Positions 6,361 through 15,613 of a DNA stretch of 21,273 bases are shown here, piece by piece. The position numbers were made by a program, and so were the translations under genes. Under the pieces are notes generated by a model that did not search any database, had not been told where the DNA came from, and worked only from the letters and a program-made list of their open reading frames with translations. Every line of letters begins with the position of its first letter. Position 1 is the first letter of the stretch. Origin of the DNA: Chlamydiales bacterium (lineage in GTDB: Bacteria; Chlamydiota; Chlamydiia; Chlamydiales; JBDQID01). Location of the stretch: the NCBI GenBank assembly GCA_047611865.1, contig JBLFWS010000046.1, positions 1-21,273 on the forward strand. Reading direction: 5' to 3'.

Positions 6361-9297
6361 ATGTCGTTAGATGAATCTCTTTTAGCTAGTATGGCTAATC
6401 CCCAACTAGCCGATGAATTGTACGAAAACTTTTGCCATAATCCACAAAGTGTTGACACTAAGTGGCGTCTTTTTTTCGAACAATTTGACAGTGTTTCTGA
6501 AGAAGCATTAACCCATTTGGAAGAAGCCAGTACCCAAGGAGCTGCGATTGTGGTTCAGGAGCCAATCGAGGGAAAGGCTGTTTTCAAAGAAAGTAAAATC
6601 GATCTTGAAGTATCCACTCAGGGCGAAGTCGTAAAACCTGACAGTAAGTCTGGGGAAAAAGAAACTTTCTATCAGGATGCTTCTTCTGGTGACCTGCGAA
6701 TTTATCACTTGGTCCATGCCTACAGAACTTACGGACACCTACTCGCTCGGAACAACCCTATTGCGACACGAGATCCTGAAGCCGTACATGAATTAGATCT
6801 TGAGACTTTGGGGTTTGAGAAAGATGAGCTAGATCTTTACTTCCCAACCTGTGGCTTGATGAAAAAGGAACATGCTGCTTTACGGGACATCATCGATGCC
6901 TTAAAGGGGATTTACTGTGGAAATATTGGCATAGAATACATGGCTCTTGGGAATAGAGAAATGGAGGAATGGCTCCAAAAGAACATAGAGTCTTCTGGTT
7001 TCAGAGTTGATCTTAGCATCGAAGAAAAGCAAATGATTCTCCAGCAGCTTAATAAATCCGAGCTCTTTGAAAACTTTCTGAATACCAAATATGTAGGGCA
7101 AAAGCGTTTTTCTCTTGAAGGTGGAGAGACCTTGATTCCGATGTTGATGGAGGTTATTGAAACTGGTGCAGAATCCGGCGTTGAAGAGTTTATTATCGGT
7201 ATGGCTCATCGTGGAAGACTGAATGTTTTGTGCAATATACTCGATAAGTCTTATCAGGATATTTTTTCTGAGTTTGAAGGCAGTTATGTGGAAGGTTCCT
7301 TTGAAGGTAGCGGTGATGTAAAATATCACAAAGGCTTCAGTTCAGAAATGACAACAAGTAACGGGAAAAAGGTTCATATTTCCTTGTCCGACAACCCTAG
7401 CCATCTTGAGGCTGTAGGTTCTGTCGTTGCAGGGATGGTTCGTGCCAAGCAAGTGGTGACAGGTGACGATGTTAACAAGAACAAAATTGTCCCCATAATT
7501 ATTCATGGTGATGCTTCGCTTGCTGGACAAGGGATTATTTACGAATGCATGCAGTTGTATAAACTACCAGGCTACTCAACAGGCGGAACTGTACATCTTG
7601 TCGTAAATAACCAGATTGGTTTTACCACGCTCCCTAAAGACAGTCGCTCCACGAAATACTGCACAGATATTAGCAAAGCCTTTGGTTCACCGGTATTTCA
7701 TGTGAATGCTGAAGATCCTGAGGGTTGCATTTATGCTACGATGCTTTCTATGAAACTCAGGCAAAAGTTCAATTGCGATGTATTCGTCTGTTTGAATTGC
7801 TATCGTAAGTATGGGCACAACGAAGGGGATGAACCCGCTTTTACACAGCCCTTGGAGTATCAAATCATCAGAGGGAAAAAGCCCATTCGAGAACTTTACC
7901 GTGACAAGCTCGTTAGCGCGGGAGTTTTGGAAAAGTACATGGCAGAGGTTCTTGAAGAAGAATTTAAAACTTCTCTGCAGAATTCTCTTAAAGGAACAAA
8001 GGGGTTCCAAACAGAGGAAGCAAAGAGGGGGGGGAAGAAAGAAGAAAAGCCTCGGCCTATTGTTAATACTTTTGAAGTTGTCAAAACAGGGATTCCGGTT
8101 AAGACCTTGCAGAAATTGGCGGTGCGCTTTTGTACGATACCTAAAGATTTCAATGCTCATAGTAAAATTCAACGACTGATGAAACAGCGTGTCGATATGG
8201 TTCATGCAGAAGATCCTGATGGCAAAAGTATTGATTGGGGGATGGGGGAGCACCTGGCTTTCGCCACTTTGCTTAAAGATGGAATACACATAAGGCTTTC
8301 TGGGCAAGATTCTCGTAGAGGAACTTTTAGCCATCGGCATGCTATGTGGATGGATCAGAAGATAGAAAAGAAATTTTTTCCCCTTAATCACTTGATGAAA
8401 AAGCAAGGCCGATTTGATGTTTTTAACTCTCCTTTGAGTGAATATGGAGTGCTGGGTTTTGAATTTGGTTATAGCCTTGCCTATCCGAATTCTCAGTCTC
8501 TGGTTTTGTGGGAAGCACAGTTTGGAGATTTCGGCAACGGCGCACAGATCATCCTTGATCAGTTCATATCTACTGGAGAACAAAAATGGGGTTCAAGTTC
8601 CAATTTGGTTCTTCTCCTTCCTCATGGGTATGAAGGGCAAGGACCAGAGCATTCCTCTGCTCGAATGGAACGCTTTCTACAGCTATGCGGAGATGACAAT
8701 ATGTTTGTGGTCAATGCCACGACTCCTGCACAGTTTTTTCACTTGTTGCGTCGACAGGTTATCAGGAACCTTCATAAGCCTCTGATTGTATTTACTCCGA
8801 AAGGCTTGTTGCGACATCCGGAGTGCTTGAGTAGTATAAACGACTTATCTAGAGATACTTTTGAAGAGGTCCTCGATGACCCTGGAGCTCCAGTAAAAGT
8901 TGACCGTCTGTTGTTTTGCTGTGGTCGGGTGTATTACGACTTGATTGAGGAGAGGAAGCGTCGAGAAAGTAATAATATAGCCATTGTTCGCATCGAGCAG
9001 CTTTATCCTTTGAATAGCGAAAAGATTAAAAGTATTATTGATGGGTATCAAGGGATAAAGGAGTGTCTGTGGGTACAGGAAGAGCCAAAAAATATGGGGG
9101 CCTGGTATTTTATGAATTCTCAGCTTCAGGATCTCATGCCTCAAAATGTGAAAATTACTTACGTTGGGCGCCCTCGCAGCGCATCCCCTGCCGTAGGCTC
9201 TTTCGGACTCCACAAAAAACAACAAGTTGTGTTTATGAACGAGGTTTTTGCGAAGGGTGAGCAGAAACTTTATGAAATGGCGCCCATGGGTGCATAG
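6361..9297 (+). CDS. sucA: 2-oxoglutarate dehydrogenase E1 component
   Basis: Motifs AYRTYGH, YVGQKRFSLEG, GMAHRGRLN, NPSHLE, the TPP-binding HGDA..GQG..NNQIGFTT, LWEAQFGDF.NGAQ and LPHGYEGQGPEHSSAR. 978 aa. Confidence 0.98.
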   Translation: MSLDESLLASMANPQLADELYENFCHNPQSVDTKWRLFFEQFDSVSEEALTHLEEASTQGAAIVVQEPIEGKAVFKESKIDLEVSTQGEVVKPDSKSGEKETFYQDASSGDLRIYHLVHAYRTYGHLLARNNPIATRDPEAVHELDLETLGFEKDELDLYFPTCGLMKKEHAALRDIIDALKGIYCGNIGIEYMALGNREMEEWLQKNIESSGFRVDLSIEEKQMILQQLNKSELFENFLNTKYVGQKRFSLEGGETLIPMLMEVIETGAESGVEEFIIGMAHRGRLNVLCNILDKSYQDIFSEFEGSYVEGSFEGSGDVKYHKGFSSEMTTSNGKKVHISLSDNPSHLEAVGSVVAGMVRAKQVVTGDDVNKNKIVPIIIHGDASLAGQGIIYECMQLYKLPGYSTGGTVHLVVNNQIGFTTLPKDSRSTKYCTDISKAFGSPVFHVNAEDPEGCIYATMLSMKLRQKFNCDVFVCLNCYRKYGHNEGDEPAFTQPLEYQIIRGKKPIRELYRDKLVSAGVLEKYMAEVLEEEFKTSLQNSLKGTKGFQTEEAKRGGKKEEKPRPIVNTFEVVKTGIPVKTLQKLAVRFCTIPKDFNAHSKIQRLMKQRVDMVHAEDPDGKSIDWGMGEHLAFATLLKDGIHIRLSGQDSRRGTFSHRHAMWMDQKIEKKFFPLNHLMKKQGRFDVFNSPLSEYGVLGFEFGYSLAYPNSQSLVLWEAQFGDFGNGAQIILDQFISTGEQKWGSSSNLVLLLPHGYEGQGPEHSSARMERFLQLCGDDNMFVVNATTPAQFFHLLRRQVIRNLHKPLIVFTPKGLLRHPECLSSINDLSRDTFEEVLDDPGAPVKVDRLLFCCGRVYYDLIEERKRRESNNIAIVRIEQLYPLNSEKIKSIIDGYQGIKECLWVQEEPKNMGAWYFMNSQLQDLMPQNVKITYVGRPRSASPAVGSFGLHKKQQVVFMNEVFAKGEQKLYEMAPMGA

Positions 9298-9424
9298 GAT
9301 CAATTTAAATCCGTTGTAGCCAGCATATATGAAAGCTTCGCCTATGCTTAGATATAAACACCTAAATTAATAAGCCTGAAAGTGAGATAGGTCGTTCACG
9401 GGGTTTTAAGAAAAAAGGTCACAT

Positions 9425-10720
9425 ATGAAATTGGAAATAAAAGTTCCTACCCTTGGAGAGTCTGTAACAGAGGCTTCCATTAGTGCCATATTGAAAGAAA
9501 GCGGTGCCGTTGTTGCCACAGATGACGAAATTGTGGAATTGGAGACGGACAAAGTCAATCAGGTTTTGTATTCTCCTTCGAGCGGTAAGTTAACATTGAC
9601 GGTAGGAATAGATCAGACTGTACAAATTGGCGATGTCATTGGCTTTGTCGACAGTGATGTTTCTGTACCACAGGATACCACAGTCCCTACCGAGCCCGCT
9701 CCGGTAGCTAAAGAGGCTGCCCCCGCTCCTAAGGCAATTCCACAAGAAGTCGCAGAAAAGGTAGCTGTAACAAAAACTATACCTCCACGTACTGTTAAAG
9801 CGGCTGCACCGGCATCATCACCGGCGCGCTCAGCTTCCGCACCGGGAGTAAGGAAGATGAAGGAGTCTTTTCTCGATGAGCTGAGAAACCCTCCTCCATT
9901 AACGCAAATAGCAGCTCCTGCTTCAGCAGCAGTTTCTGGAGGAGCGGCAGCACCAACAAAACAGACGACAGCTCCCGATCCACATCCATTGGCAGTTACT
10001 CCTCCTCCTTCAGGAGAAGCACGGCCTGAAGTGCGCAAGCGTATGAGTAGAATTCGAAAGGTCATCGCCAGCCGATTGGTGGAGGCACAAGCGTCTACAG
10101 CGATGCTCACCACTTTTAATGAGGTGGACATGACTGCTGTTATGGAGCTGCGTAAGCGTTACAAGGACACCTTCCTGAAAAGGCATGGGGTGAAATTAGG
10201 TTTTATGTCCTTCTTTGTCAAAGCTGTAGTATCAGCGCTTATGGACATCCCAGGCTTGAATTCTTATATTGATGGGGACGAAAGTGTCGAACGGGAGTAT
10301 TACGACATAGGGATTGCTGTTTCATCAGAAAAAGGTCTCGTTGTTCCCGTTGTCCGCAATTGCGATCGCTTGAGTTTTGCTATGATCGAAAATGCGATAG
10401 GATACTTTGCTAGAAAGGCTCGTAGTGGCAAGCTTGCTGTTGATGAGTTACAGGGTGGCGGTTTCACGATCACCAATGGTGGGGTTTTCGGTTCTCTCGT
10501 GTCTACACCGATATTGAATAGTCCACAAAGTGGTATCTTAGGGATGCATAAAATTCAGGAAAGACCTGTTGCTATTGATGGGAAAGTGGAAATTCGGCCA
10601 ATGATGTATCTGGCTCTGAGTTATGATCATCGGATTGTTGATGGGAAAGAGGCGGTGACGTTTCTTGTTAATATTAAAGATACCCTTGAAGATCCTTCAC
10701 GCTTCCTATTGGACATATGA
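9425..10720 (+). CDS. sucB: Dihydrolipoyllysine succinyltransferase (ODH E2)
   Basis: N-terminal lipoyl domain ([13 protein letters not shown]), Pro/Ala linker, catalytic domain with [23 protein letters not shown] and [10 protein letters not shown]. Follows sucA. Confidence 0.97.
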   Translation: MKLEIKVPTLGESVTEASISAILKESGAVVATDDEIVELETDKVNQVLYSPSSGKLTLTVGIDQTVQIGDVIGFVDSDVSVPQDTTVPTEPAPVAKEAAPAPKAIPQEVAEKVAVTKTIPPRTVKAAAPASSPARSASAPGVRKMKESFLDELRNPPPLTQIAAPASAAVSGGAAAPTKQTTAPDPHPLAVTPPPSGEARPEVRKRMSRIRKVIASRLVEAQASTAMLTTFNEVDMTAVMELRKRYKDTFLKRHGVKLGFMSFFVKAVVSALMDIPGLNSYIDGDESVEREYYDIGIAVSSEKGLVVPVVRNCDRLSFAMIENAIGYFARKARSGKLAVDELQGGGFTITNGGVFGSLVSTPILNSPQSGILGMHKIQERPVAIDGKVEIRPMMYLALSYDHRIVDGKEAVTFLVNIKDTLEDPSRFLLDI

Positions 10721-10738
10721 TTACCTGGAGAATGAGCA

Positions 10739-12145
10739 ATGACAGATAAATACGACGTACTGGTAATCGGAGCTGGCCCTGGTGGTTATGTGGCTGCAAT
10801 TAGGGCCGCACAATTGGGTTTGAAGACGGCATGTGTCGATAAAAACAAAGGCCTTGGCGGGACTTGTCTTAATGTGGGATGTATCCCCTCAAAGACTTTG
10901 CTACACTGCTCTGAGTTCTACAGCAAAATTCTCCATAGTAGCGAATCCTGTGGCGTTGATGTTGGGGATGTTAAGCTGAACTTTGAAAAGATGATGTCTA
11001 AGAAAGATGGAGTGGTAAAAAGCTTTAATCAAGGCGTCAGTGGTCTTTTCAAAAAGAATAAAATAAAGTCCTTTCTGGGGAGTGCGCGTTTGACCTCGGC
11101 GAGTACTGTGGAGGTTACGGACAATGCTGGCAATAAAACAGTGCTTGAAGCCAAGCACATTATTTTGGCTACAGGCTCAGCGCCTACTCCTTTACCTTTT
11201 TTGGGATTTGACGAAAAACGAGTGCTTTCTTCCACTGGAGCACTGAATTTGTCGGAAGTTCCCCAGAAAATGATCATCGTGGGAGCGGGAGTTATCGGTT
11301 TGGAGCTGGGGTCAGTTTATTCTCGTCTTGGAACAAGTGTGGTCGTAGTGGAATATATGGATAGTGTATGCCCTAATATGGACTCTTCGATTAAGAGTGC
11401 GTTGCAGCAGGCACTCACTAAACAGGGAATATCATTTCTCTTAGGGCACAGTGTAACACGTGGAAAGGTTGGAGAGGATTCTGTTTCTCTAATAGTATCC
11501 CAAAAGGGGCAAGATCAGACAACCCTACTTACTGCTGATAGGGTTCTTGTTTCGATTGGAAGAAGACCGTTTACTGAAAACCTTGGCTTGGAAGAAGTGG
11601 GTGTTGTGAAAGACGAAAGGGGCTTTGTTCAAATTGACAATAACTTTCAAACATCAGTTCCGGGTGTTTATGCTATTGGCGATATTGTTGATGGTCCGAT
11701 GCTTGCGCATAAGGCGTCCGAAGAAGGGGTAGCTGTTGTCGAGTTGATCTCAGGGAAAAAGCCACACATTAACTATCTCGCAATCCCTTTCGTTGTCTAC
11801 ACCTGGCCTGAAGTGGCATCAGTAGGGATGACTGAGGAAGAAGCTAAAGCTGATGGTCTTAGTGTCAAAATAGGGAAATTTCCTTTTAAGGCGAACTCCC
11901 GTGCACGTTGTGTGGATGATGACGAAGGCTTTGTAAAGGTGATCGCTGAAAACTCAACAGGTCGCCTTATTGGTATGCATATCATCGGTGCCAACGCCTC
12001 AGAACTAATTAATCAGGGGATGGTGGCAATAGAGAAAAAAACGACTGTAGAAGAAATGGGGGACTTCCCCTTTGCACATCCAACACTTTCTGAAGCAACT
12101 AAAGAGGCGTGCCTCAATATCTCAAAGAAAGCGATTCATATGTAG
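10739..12145 (+). CDS. lpdA: Dihydrolipoamide dehydrogenase (E3)
   Basis: GAGPGGY FAD-binding motif, redox-active GGTCLNVGCIPSK, GAGVIGLE, MLAHKA and C-terminal HPTLSE. Confidence 0.97.
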   Translation: MTDKYDVLVIGAGPGGYVAAIRAAQLGLKTACVDKNKGLGGTCLNVGCIPSKTLLHCSEFYSKILHSSESCGVDVGDVKLNFEKMMSKKDGVVKSFNQGVSGLFKKNKIKSFLGSARLTSASTVEVTDNAGNKTVLEAKHIILATGSAPTPLPFLGFDEKRVLSSTGALNLSEVPQKMIIVGAGVIGLELGSVYSRLGTSVVVVEYMDSVCPNMDSSIKSALQQALTKQGISFLLGHSVTRGKVGEDSVSLIVSQKGQDQTTLLTADRVLVSIGRRPFTENLGLEEVGVVKDERGFVQIDNNFQTSVPGVYAIGDIVDGPMLAHKASEEGVAVVELISGKKPHINYLAIPFVVYTWPEVASVGMTEEEAKADGLSVKIGKFPFKANSRARCVDDDEGFVKVIAENSTGRLIGMHIIGANASELINQGMVAIEKKTTVEEMGDFPFAHPTLSEATKEACLNISKKAIHM

Positions 12146-12162
12146 GTAGATGAAGCTTTTTG

Positions 12163-12197
12163 CCAGGATGAACAAGCTTTAGCCCTGTTCATCCTGG
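12163..12197. terminator. Strong hairpin between the convergent lpdA and iscA-like genes; probable terminator or RNA 3'-end stabiliser
   Basis: CCAGGATGAACA (12163-12174) and TGTTCATCCTGG (12186-12197) form a perfect 12-bp stem. No clean U-tract follows on either strand. Confidence 0.55.
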
Positions 12198-12233
12198 AAA
12201 TATTTGGAGGCGCCCATTCACGCCTTCATTTGA

Positions 12234-12809
12234 TCAATAGCCGTGGGAAGTTCCGCAACTGCAGGAAGAGGAGACGTTGGGATTACTGATTTTGAATCCG
12301 GAGTTATACAACCCTTCGACGTAGTCAATTTCACAGCCAAGAAGGCGTTCCATCGCAGCTTTGTTTATATGGATTTCTATTCCATGGGATTCTAGAATAA
12401 TGTCGTCTTCCGTAGCTTTTTCTGAATAGTCTAATGCGTATTCAAAGCCATTGCAACCGCCCATTTTTTCTGCGAAGCGCATGCCCCAGCCTTGCTTCCC
12501 TTCTTCTTCGAGGATATCCAGGAATTTCTTAGCAGCGCGAGGTGAAATGGTAATTTTAGTGGCGTCGGTCTTTTCTTCGAGGATAGCATTTAAACGAACT
12601 ACCAGCGTGTCGACATCTTCACTCGTCATACCATGTCCCATAACACCAGCTTCCAGCGTCTCCCAAGTGGAGGCGTGGCAACCAACACAATGTAGACCTA
12701 GATTGGTCATTTCCTGCGCAAGCCTTTGGCTTTTGTGCGGGAACTTTCTAAAGATATCTTCGATCGTCAAATCACGAGTAACTTTTTCGGTTTGTTCTGA
12801 TGTCGACAT
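12234..12809 (-). CDS. A-type Fe-S carrier (IscA/HesB family) fused to an N-terminal DUF1858-like CxxC domain
   Basis: The C-terminal domain has GGCNGFEY, IDYVEGL..GFKISNPN and CSCGTS. The N-terminal ~75 aa DLTIEDI..GLHCVGCHASTWETLEAGVMGHG match the DUF1858 pattern. Confidence 0.85.
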   Translation of the reverse strand: MSTSEQTEKVTRDLTIEDIFRKFPHKSQRLAQEMTNLGLHCVGCHASTWETLEAGVMGHGMTSEDVDTLVVRLNAILEEKTDATKITISPRAAKKFLDILEEEGKQGWGMRFAEKMGGCNGFEYALDYSEKATEDDIILESHGIEIHINKAAMERLLGCEIDYVEGLYNSGFKISNPNVSSSCSCGTSHGY

Positions 12810-12830
12810 GTTCTGTTCTCCTTAGAGAAA

Positions 12831-13094
12831 TTAAAATGTGATTTTTACTTCACCTTGTTGGATCTTGCATTGGCAGGCCAGGCGTTCATCTTCAAGTTCG
12901 CCCAAGAAATCTTCTTCTTCTTGAGTAAAGCCTGTCAGGTTTTCCATTCCTTCGGAAACTTCGATAACACATGTGCCGCAAACACCTTCTGTACATGCAA
13001 ATGGTACCCCTGCTTCTTCACAAGCTTCGGCGATTGGGCTGTCATTGTCGAGGGAAATCTCTTCTCCACTTTCTTCAAATATTAGTTTTGCCAT
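12831..13094 (-). CDS. [2Fe-2S] ferredoxin, chlamydial type
   Basis: Cys pattern GVPFACTEGVCGTC...ERLACQC. Acidic, 87 aa, with a GGTGA RBS upstream. Confidence 0.93.
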   Translation of the reverse strand: MAKLIFEESGEEISLDNDSPIAEACEEAGVPFACTEGVCGTCVIEVSEGMENLTGFTQEEEDFLGELEDERLACQCKIQQGEVKITF

Positions 13095-13385
13095 GGTGGT
13101 TCACCTTGTAAGTCATTATACCTGAGAGCATTCAAATGTTGCTGGCATAGGTATTTTGGAAATTAAATGTATGATAATCATGACTTAATTGAATAAAAAA
13201 ATCAAGCATAAGATCCTAAGCAGGCGTCATCTTGAAACATTTTTATTGTAAATAATATTTTTCAGTTTAACTAGCAAGTGCTTTTTGATACAGAGATAAA
13301 TAAAAGTTATATGAATAATAGAAGTTATTACATATAATTTAAAGTATAGATTGGTTTGTTTACTGTCTTAATTTAGAGGTCAATT

Positions 13386-13580
13386 ATGTCTGATGAGAGA
13401 GATGATAAAGAGCTTATGGCAGTCATCGCTAAGCTCGAAAGCAAGGTTGACCTTCTGGAATCAGAAATCATGCATCTTAATGATTTATTAATACAATTTG
13501 GATTTAACGGTGGTGTTGAGAGTCTAAAACGGTCTATCAAGGAGATCCTTCGTTCTGAAGATCCTCCATTTTTCGAATAA
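13386..13580 (+). CDS. Small hypothetical coiled-coil protein
   Basis: AGAGGT RBS. Heptad pattern IAKLESKVDLLESEIMHLNDLL followed by FGFNGGVESLK. Resembles a small protein seen in environmental chlamydiae (from memory). Confidence 0.75.
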   Translation: MSDERDDKELMAVIAKLESKVDLLESEIMHLNDLLIQFGFNGGVESLKRSIKEILRSEDPPFFE

Positions 13581-13754
13581 CTATAGAGTAATAAATTCCT
13601 GAGTTTATTTCGCTATACCCACTTTTCATATTATATTCTAAATAATAAATTAACGTTATTTAAACATGCAGTTAACGGTTAATTAACAATTATAGATTAT
13701 AATTAAGTCATAATTAAAGATTTAGGGAAAAAATCTAGGGAAAAGGGTAGTAAA

Positions 13755-15284
13755 ATGTCAATGTCAGCCACACATGCTTCATCCAGTAATGAACACTTGA
13801 TTAGTATATTTCCAGCAGGGGATACGAGTTCTATTGCTGATTCTCATAAAGCTAATAGTTTAAGTATCCTCATTAGTAGGGGTGGAGAGGCTATCAGCTC
13901 ACTCGCTTCAGCCGTGAAAAAACGAATATGGAAGCGCTATGATGTCAGAAAAATTGAAAATGAAAGCCCAGTCACCGATAAAGTTGAGAATTGTTACAAA
14001 TATGTCACCGAGAGATGGAAAAAAGAAAATCCTGGGACAGATCAGGCTATAAGCTCAGACCTCGCTTTGCAGTATCTTCAGGAAGGGATTTCTGAGGAAA
14101 AAGCTGAAGACGAAAGTAAAGTATTTTGCTATTCCTTAAACATAGCAGGTACTGTGCAAAAGCTTGCCAAAGAATTAGAAGCTAAAAAGGAAATTTTCGG
14201 ATTGACCGAACTTCCAGAAGGCCTGACAAAAGTAAGGGATTTAAAGGAGCTTTTCAAAATTCTTGAGGGCCTTACTGTTGGAAAAGAGGGTCAAGAATTA
14301 CCAGGTTGGAGAAATGTAAAGTTTGATTGTACAAAAAGTTATGACGGCGCTGTCTTTGCAGGCCCTGTTCCGAAACTGGATGCTTTGAATGATTTGTTAC
14401 GATGGACTAAAGCTTGTGAAAATATGAAGGCCAGGCCTCTTAATTTAGCCATAGACAGCGTAAGGGATGAATTTTTGGCGCGTATTTGTCCGGATCAAGT
14501 GATAATGCCCGTAGCTTCTTCGGTTGAGACTTTAGGGGCTATGCCATCAGTAACTCCAGTTTCCGTATCTGTACCAGCTGATTTAGCGTCAGGATTACCC
14601 GTTGATGTAGCTGAATCTTTATCAGCCTCAGGATCAGTATCTCCAGTTTCCGTATCTGTACCATCTGGTTTAGAGTCAGAATTACCCGTTGATGTAGCTG
14701 AATCTTTATCAGCCTCAGGATCAGTATCTCACGGAGTTTCAGTACCTGTATCTCCTGGTCTAGCATCAGGATTGCCAGTTAATGAAACAGCGTCATTATC
14801 AGCTTCAGTACCTCTTGTATCCTCCAGAGACACAGTTGTCTCACCCTCACTAGCAGAAGTTGTAGCTTCACCAGTAAGCAGAACGGGCCTCGAGGTGCAA
14901 AGCAATATCGAAGATCCCGATTATGTGACCCATCAGCTCGATGCATTTATGAAGACGGATTCAATTTTTACCAGGCTTAAAAAAAGGCTTCAAGGCGAAA
15001 GTCATCCTATTGTGAATAGCGCACCTGTGTCTACTTCAGGATTGGTCTCGCCAAGGGTTACAGCATCTGTATCGACAGGAGTAGCTGTCTTGCCTCCAGT
15101 GCTTGAAGAAGAACGGCGCGTACCTGTGAGTGGAATAGGTCTAGAAGAGGAGCAAAGCGATATCGAAGGTCCCGATGAAATGACCCGTCAGCTCGATGTA
15201 TTTATGAAGACGGATTCAATTTTTACCAAGGTTAATAAAAAGTGCGGAAGTATTAGAGATAAATTATTTAGAAAGAGGGCATAA
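13755..15284 (+). CDS. Hypothetical protein with Ser/Pro/Val-rich tandem repeats and a duplicated C-terminal module; candidate type III effector
   Basis: 509-aa ORF with a purine-rich RBS region, a Ser-rich N-terminus without a signal peptide, and internal repeats. Confidence 0.8.
   Translation: MSMSATHASSSNEHLISIFPAGDTSSIADSHKANSLSILISRGGEAISSLASAVKKRIWKRYDVRKIENESPVTDKVENCYKYVTERWKKENPGTDQAISSDLALQYLQEGISEEKAEDESKVFCYSLNIAGTVQKLAKELEAKKEIFGLTELPEGLTKVRDLKELFKILEGLTVGKEGQELPGWRNVKFDCTKSYDGAVFAGPVPKLDALNDLLRWTKACENMKARPLNLAIDSVRDEFLARICPDQVIMPVASSVETLGAMPSVTPVSVSVPADLASGLPVDVAESLSASGSVSPVSVSVPSGLESELPVDVAESLSASGSVSHGVSVPVSPGLASGLPVNETASLSASVPLVSSRDTVVSPSLAEVVASPVSRTGLEVQSNIEDPDYVTHQLDAFMKTDSIFTRLKKRLQGESHPIVNSAPVSTSGLVSPRVTASVSTGVAVLPPVLEEERRVPVSGIGLEEEQSDIEGPDEMTRQLDVFMKTDSIFTKVNKKCGSIRDKLFRKRA
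14554..14810 (+). repeat. In-frame 87-bp (29-aa) tandem repeat: two near-identical copies plus one diverged copy
   Basis: CTCCAGTTTCCGTATCTGTACCA.. starts at 14554 and again at 14641; a diverged third copy starts near 14728. The unit is PVSVSVPxxLxSxLPVDVAESLSASGSVS. Confidence 0.92.
14897..15230 (+). repeat. Dispersed ~79-bp in-frame duplication (14897-14975 and 15152-15230)
   Basis: GCAAAGC(A/G)ATATCGAAG..CAGCTCGATG(C/T)ATTTATGAAGACGGATTCAATTTTTACCA occurs twice, 255 bp apart. Confidence 0.92.
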
Positions 15285-15532
15285 AACCCCATTGTTCCTC
15301 ATGAAACTTTTCGCAGAGTGTAATAATACACGACCTAGACCTCGTCTATATCCCTCGTCACAAATGTGCACATCTCAACTAAGCTGTTGAACCTATAAGG
15401 AAGATAGGGAGTCCACCGGGTTCTAATTTTTAAGAATCACAGCTTATATTCTTCAAGTCAATACAGAGATTGTATCTGGAGCTTATAGAAAGTCTTCGAT
15501 TGTAAAGTTTTCATTAACATAATATAGATTTA

Positions 15533-15561
15533 TTGAACAGTTAGTAGTTATTCTATATAAT
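15533..15561 (+). promoter_or_regulatory. Sigma66/sigma70-type promoter for the 564-aa gene
   Basis: TTGAAC (15533-15538), 17-nt spacer, TATAAT (15556-15561), about 50 nt upstream of the ATG at 15614. Confidence 0.55.
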
Positions 15562-15613
15562 AATATTAATGGGCCATGCCCGTAATTTATTATAACTGGG
15601 AAACTGTAGTATT

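Noticed and set aside
7687..8583. 298-aa antisense ORF, and the other short ORFs overlapping sucA, sucB, lpdA, the ResB-like gene, adk, dnaN and recF
   Set aside because: These are shadow frames of well-supported genes with no recognisable motifs.
14554..14810. Tandem repeats as a CRISPR array
   Set aside because: The 87-bp units are contiguous, in frame within a CDS, and lack unique spacers; no cas genes are present.
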